IMG/VR virus record: IMGVR_UViG_3300025368_000001
DNA: 20,000 nt
From: an uncultured virus (IMG/VR IMGVR_UViG_3300025368_000001)
Taxonomy: Duplodnaviria; Heunggongvirae; Uroviricota; Caudoviricetes
Direction: 5' to 3' (one strand)
Shown: positions 17,331-20,000 of the stretch, one piece after another
Numbering within the stretch: the first letter of the stretch is position 1
How the letters are laid out: each line of letters opens with the position of its first letter
Made by a program: the position numbers and the translations under genes
The notes under the pieces: generated by a model
The model's input: the letters and a program-made list of their open reading frames with translations, nothing else
Told to the model about the DNA's origin: nothing
The model's database searches: none

Positions 17331-18248
17331 ATGAGAGTAGTAGGAAAATTTAATGATGTTTCACCGCAATTATTAGAAACAATCACGCCGTTGCAAAATG
17401 GTAAAACGCAATGGTTTAAAGCACTTTGGGGCAAGCATGAAAAAGACTTGGACGGCAATCCCGTTACCCACTTCGGTAAAAAGCAGATACCTACAAGGGA
17501 CAGGATTAAAGATTCGCACACCAAGAGGCTTGTCGAGATAGGCGTGCCTAACGAATTAGGCGATGACGACAAAGTGGTAAGTACCAGGTTCTTTATGCCC
17601 GGTATTGGCGAACACGCTTTTGCGGGTGTATTTGGGTTCACCGGCGGCATCATCGAGGACGAAGAACTGTACGAATACTGTATGCTTTCCAATTTGAATG
17701 CAAAGAACCCAAACAGAGACGTATCGGTAATTCCAATGTTCGAGCCTATGTATCAGGTTGATATTCATAAAGAAAGCAGGAAGAAAACAAACAGGCTTCG
17801 TGATGCTTTGAATATTATAGCAGGAATGACACCGACAGAGGTAATGGACTTTGCAGATTCTATGAATTGGAAAGATGAAAGTGATAACGACATTCTACTT
17901 TCTCGCATTGAAGATTTTGCAACTAAAAATCCTGAGAACTTTTTGAAGTTGCAGTTAAACCCTTCTATCAAGTTTAAGGCTTTGGCAGGTAGAGGTTTGA
18001 AGTTTGGCATTATCGCTCACGACATAGTTAAAAATACTATTTCTTGGTCTAAGGGTAATGTGCTGATTGCAACATTTGATAAAACTACCGATAGTAGTAT
18101 TGTGGATCAGTTCTCAGAATGGTTACAAACACACGACAAGGGTAAAACAGTAAAGGCTTCTTTAGAAAAACAAGTAAAAGAAGCTATCAAAGAAGAAACT
18201 ACTAAGCAGTTGGCAGTTGCCGGCGAAGGAGAAGAAGGAGATAATTAA
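17331..18248 (+). CDS. Capsid-module protein directly downstream of MCP (305 aa), function unknown
   Basis: Clean ORF with A-rich leader; a gene of about this size after MCP is typical of crAss-like head modules (synteny only). Confidence 0.65.
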   Translation: MRVVGKFNDVSPQLLETITPLQNGKTQWFKALWGKHEKDLDGNPVTHFGKKQIPTRDRIKDSHTKRLVEIGVPNELGDDDKVVSTRFFMPGIGEHAFAGVFGFTGGIIEDEELYEYCMLSNLNAKNPNRDVSVIPMFEPMYQVDIHKESRKKTNRLRDALNIIAGMTPTEVMDFADSMNWKDESDNDILLSRIEDFATKNPENFLKLQLNPSIKFKALAGRGLKFGIIAHDIVKNTISWSKGNVLIATFDKTTDSSIVDQFSEWLQTHDKGKTVKASLEKQVKEAIKEETTKQLAVAGEGEEGDN

Positions 18249-18259
18249 ATTGATTTATA

Positions 18260-19414
18260 ATGGCAGACTTATCAGCTTACATTAGTTACAGCGTAACATT
18301 GGATAATACGGGCGATACGCCTGTTGTTACTATACAGGATACCACTACGTTTCCGGAAGGATTAGATGTAACTATCACTTCTTACGTTGTAACTATTGTA
18401 CAGCCTGATGGGATTTCTGCTTCTGTAAATTTAGTTGAAGAGGGTTCTGTTGTAGTTAAGAATATCCTGCTTCGATTGGCTAATGATGGTAATTTCCAAA
18501 ATGGAACTTATGTTGCCAATGCAGTTGTTGAAGCAGATGGATACGACAATACAATTAAGAACTACCTATTCCGATTAAGCTATGCTAAACCTGTTGAAGA
18601 GGTACTACCTAAAATAGATGTTTTCACGCCTAATATCAAGGTGTATGATGCTACTAACTACAATCCTGTTGGATTAACTTTGAACAGCGTTACTAGAGCT
18701 TATACGGGCATAATCAACAGCGTATCCGGTACTAGCGAAACAGTAACAGGAACGGCACAAATGTTTGACTTGGTGTATAGCGGGCATTACTATGATGCAC
18801 AATACGTTGTCACTCTTGTTGCTACATTTCAAAATACGACTTCAGATAGCCTTGTTGTAAAGGATAAGATTACAACTAATATTCAGTTTGACGCCTATAC
18901 GCCTTCTACTTTATCCGAGTTGCTTACGGGGCTTAATAATCTTAAGCAAACAAGTTCTTACGGCTGCTGCGATAAGTACACTAAGGCAGTTGCTTTATAT
19001 GACCAAATAGTAGCACAAGGTACACAAGGTAATACGGTTGGATTACAGGTTTATGTAATTCAGCTAGAAAATATGATTGCAGGGTTTAGCCTTACTAGAA
19101 CTCATACCGATGCAATTATACCGACTTATGTGTTTAGTGCTAATACTTCTTCTTCAAGCATAAACCTACCAAATGGCACAAGTTCTTGGAGTGTCCCTTA
19201 TTCTTTATTACTCGATAGTATTCTTATTGTGGCACCAACGGCTACAACGGTTACGATTGGTTCAACTCCTGGCGGTACAGATATTTCAGATGCTCAGAGT
19301 ATTGATGCAGGTGGATACTATATCGTAACAGTAAACAGACCATATACCACAGGAAATACAATCTACTTCGGCGGAATATTATCTGATACAGAAATAACAA
19401 TATTTAAGAAATGA
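18260..19414 (+). CDS. Probable virion structural protein (beta-rich, T/V/S-rich; decoration, neck or fibre base)
   Basis: 384 aa with Ig-like beta-strand composition, a helical segment with GCC, and a small C-terminal beta domain (VTIGSTPGGTDI...TIYFGG). Confidence 0.6.
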   Translation: MADLSAYISYSVTLDNTGDTPVVTIQDTTTFPEGLDVTITSYVVTIVQPDGISASVNLVEEGSVVVKNILLRLANDGNFQNGTYVANAVVEADGYDNTIKNYLFRLSYAKPVEEVLPKIDVFTPNIKVYDATNYNPVGLTLNSVTRAYTGIINSVSGTSETVTGTAQMFDLVYSGHYYDAQYVVTLVATFQNTTSDSLVVKDKITTNIQFDAYTPSTLSELLTGLNNLKQTSSYGCCDKYTKAVALYDQIVAQGTQGNTVGLQVYVIQLENMIAGFSLTRTHTDAIIPTYVFSANTSSSSINLPNGTSSWSVPYSLLLDSILIVAPTATTVTIGSTPGGTDISDAQSIDAGGYYIVTVNRPYTTGNTIYFGGILSDTEITIFKK

Positions 19415-20000
19415 TGAAAAGGTTATTGACGATACTGTTTTTGTTTTTATCTGTTTGCATTTATTCTCAGACTACTACAAGGGCTGATAAGATAATAGCC
19501 AACGATAGTTTAAAAGTGGCAGGAAACGCCATAGGGAAGATTAGCACGGATACTTTACTTACTGATAATAGCAACTATGAATTAGTTACTCAAAAAGCGA
19601 TTAAGACTTATGTGTCTCATAATAGTATCGGTTCAGGCATTTTAAGTTCTGATAATAAATGGTTTGGATCTAACTCTTACCCTTATGTTAGGTTAAGGAA
19701 TTACTATGATACGACCGTTTACGCAACATTGGGATATTTAGACGATGGTAGCACTGGTCATGATAATGGGGCTATTTATCTACCTTCTATTCTTAATAGG
19801 GGATTATTGGGCAAAAGGGATACCGTAGCTTATCGCAGTTGGGTGAGGGATAGTATTAGCAGTTCACTAGACACAACCTCTCTTAGTAATAGGATTAATC
19901 TAAGGGTAAAATATACTGATTCTGCTTCTATGTTAGCAGCCTATCAAACTGCTATAAATACAAATACAGCAAATATATTATTAAGAGTAAAGTATACAGA
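19411..20000 (+). CDS. N-terminus of a fibre-like protein with a Sec-type signal peptide; runs off the window and is absent from the ORF track
   Basis: ATGA overlap with the previous stop; open to the window end: MMKRLLTILFLFLSVCIYSQTTTRADKIIANDSLKV...LVTQKAIKTYV...DTTSLSNRINLRVKYTDSASMLAAYQTAINTNTANILLRVKYT. Confidence 0.8.
   Translation, partial: MMKRLLTILFLFLSVCIYSQTTTRADKIIANDSLKVAGNAIGKISTDTLLTDNSNYELVTQKAIKTYVSHNSIGSGILSSDNKWFGSNSYPYVRLRNYYDTTVYATLGYLDDGSTGHDNGAIYLPSILNRGLLGKRDTVAYRSWVRDSISSSLDTTSLSNRINLRVKYTDSASMLAAYQTAINTNTANILLRVKYT

Noticed and set aside
1..20000. Stop-codon reassignment (TAG or TGA) as in some crAss-like phages
   Set aside because: All large genes are intact in the standard code, and TAG (11660-11662, minus) and TGA (19412-19414) appear to act as real stops.

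Overview
The window is the virion morphogenesis block of a tailed dsDNA phage of Bacteroidota, crAss-like (Crassvirales-type) in gene size and order; this assignment rests on motifs and synteny, not on a database search. On the + strand it carries the end of an upstream gene, a 2561-aa probable ejected/internal virion protein, two small genes (the second a likely terminase small subunit), the large terminase, portal, scaffold-like protein, major capsid protein, two further structural genes and a final open gene with a Sec-type signal peptide. Between terminase and portal sits an inverted two-gene cassette: a stand-alone RyR-domain protein and a 59-aa Hc1/histone-H1-like protein missing from the ORF track. 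The main unexplained structure is (1) a shared promoter/operator architecture (AACAAAT...TTG-N11-TAnnwTTG, with an ACAAAT-N4-ATTTGT dyad) at four intergenic sites, (2) two short minus-strand promoter-to-terminator units that look like small RNAs, and (3) two +1-frame Lys/Pro-rich ORFs nested in the giant gene, both preceded by AATAGCGAnAATG. The genetic code is standard; no tRNA, CRISPR array or mobile element was seen.
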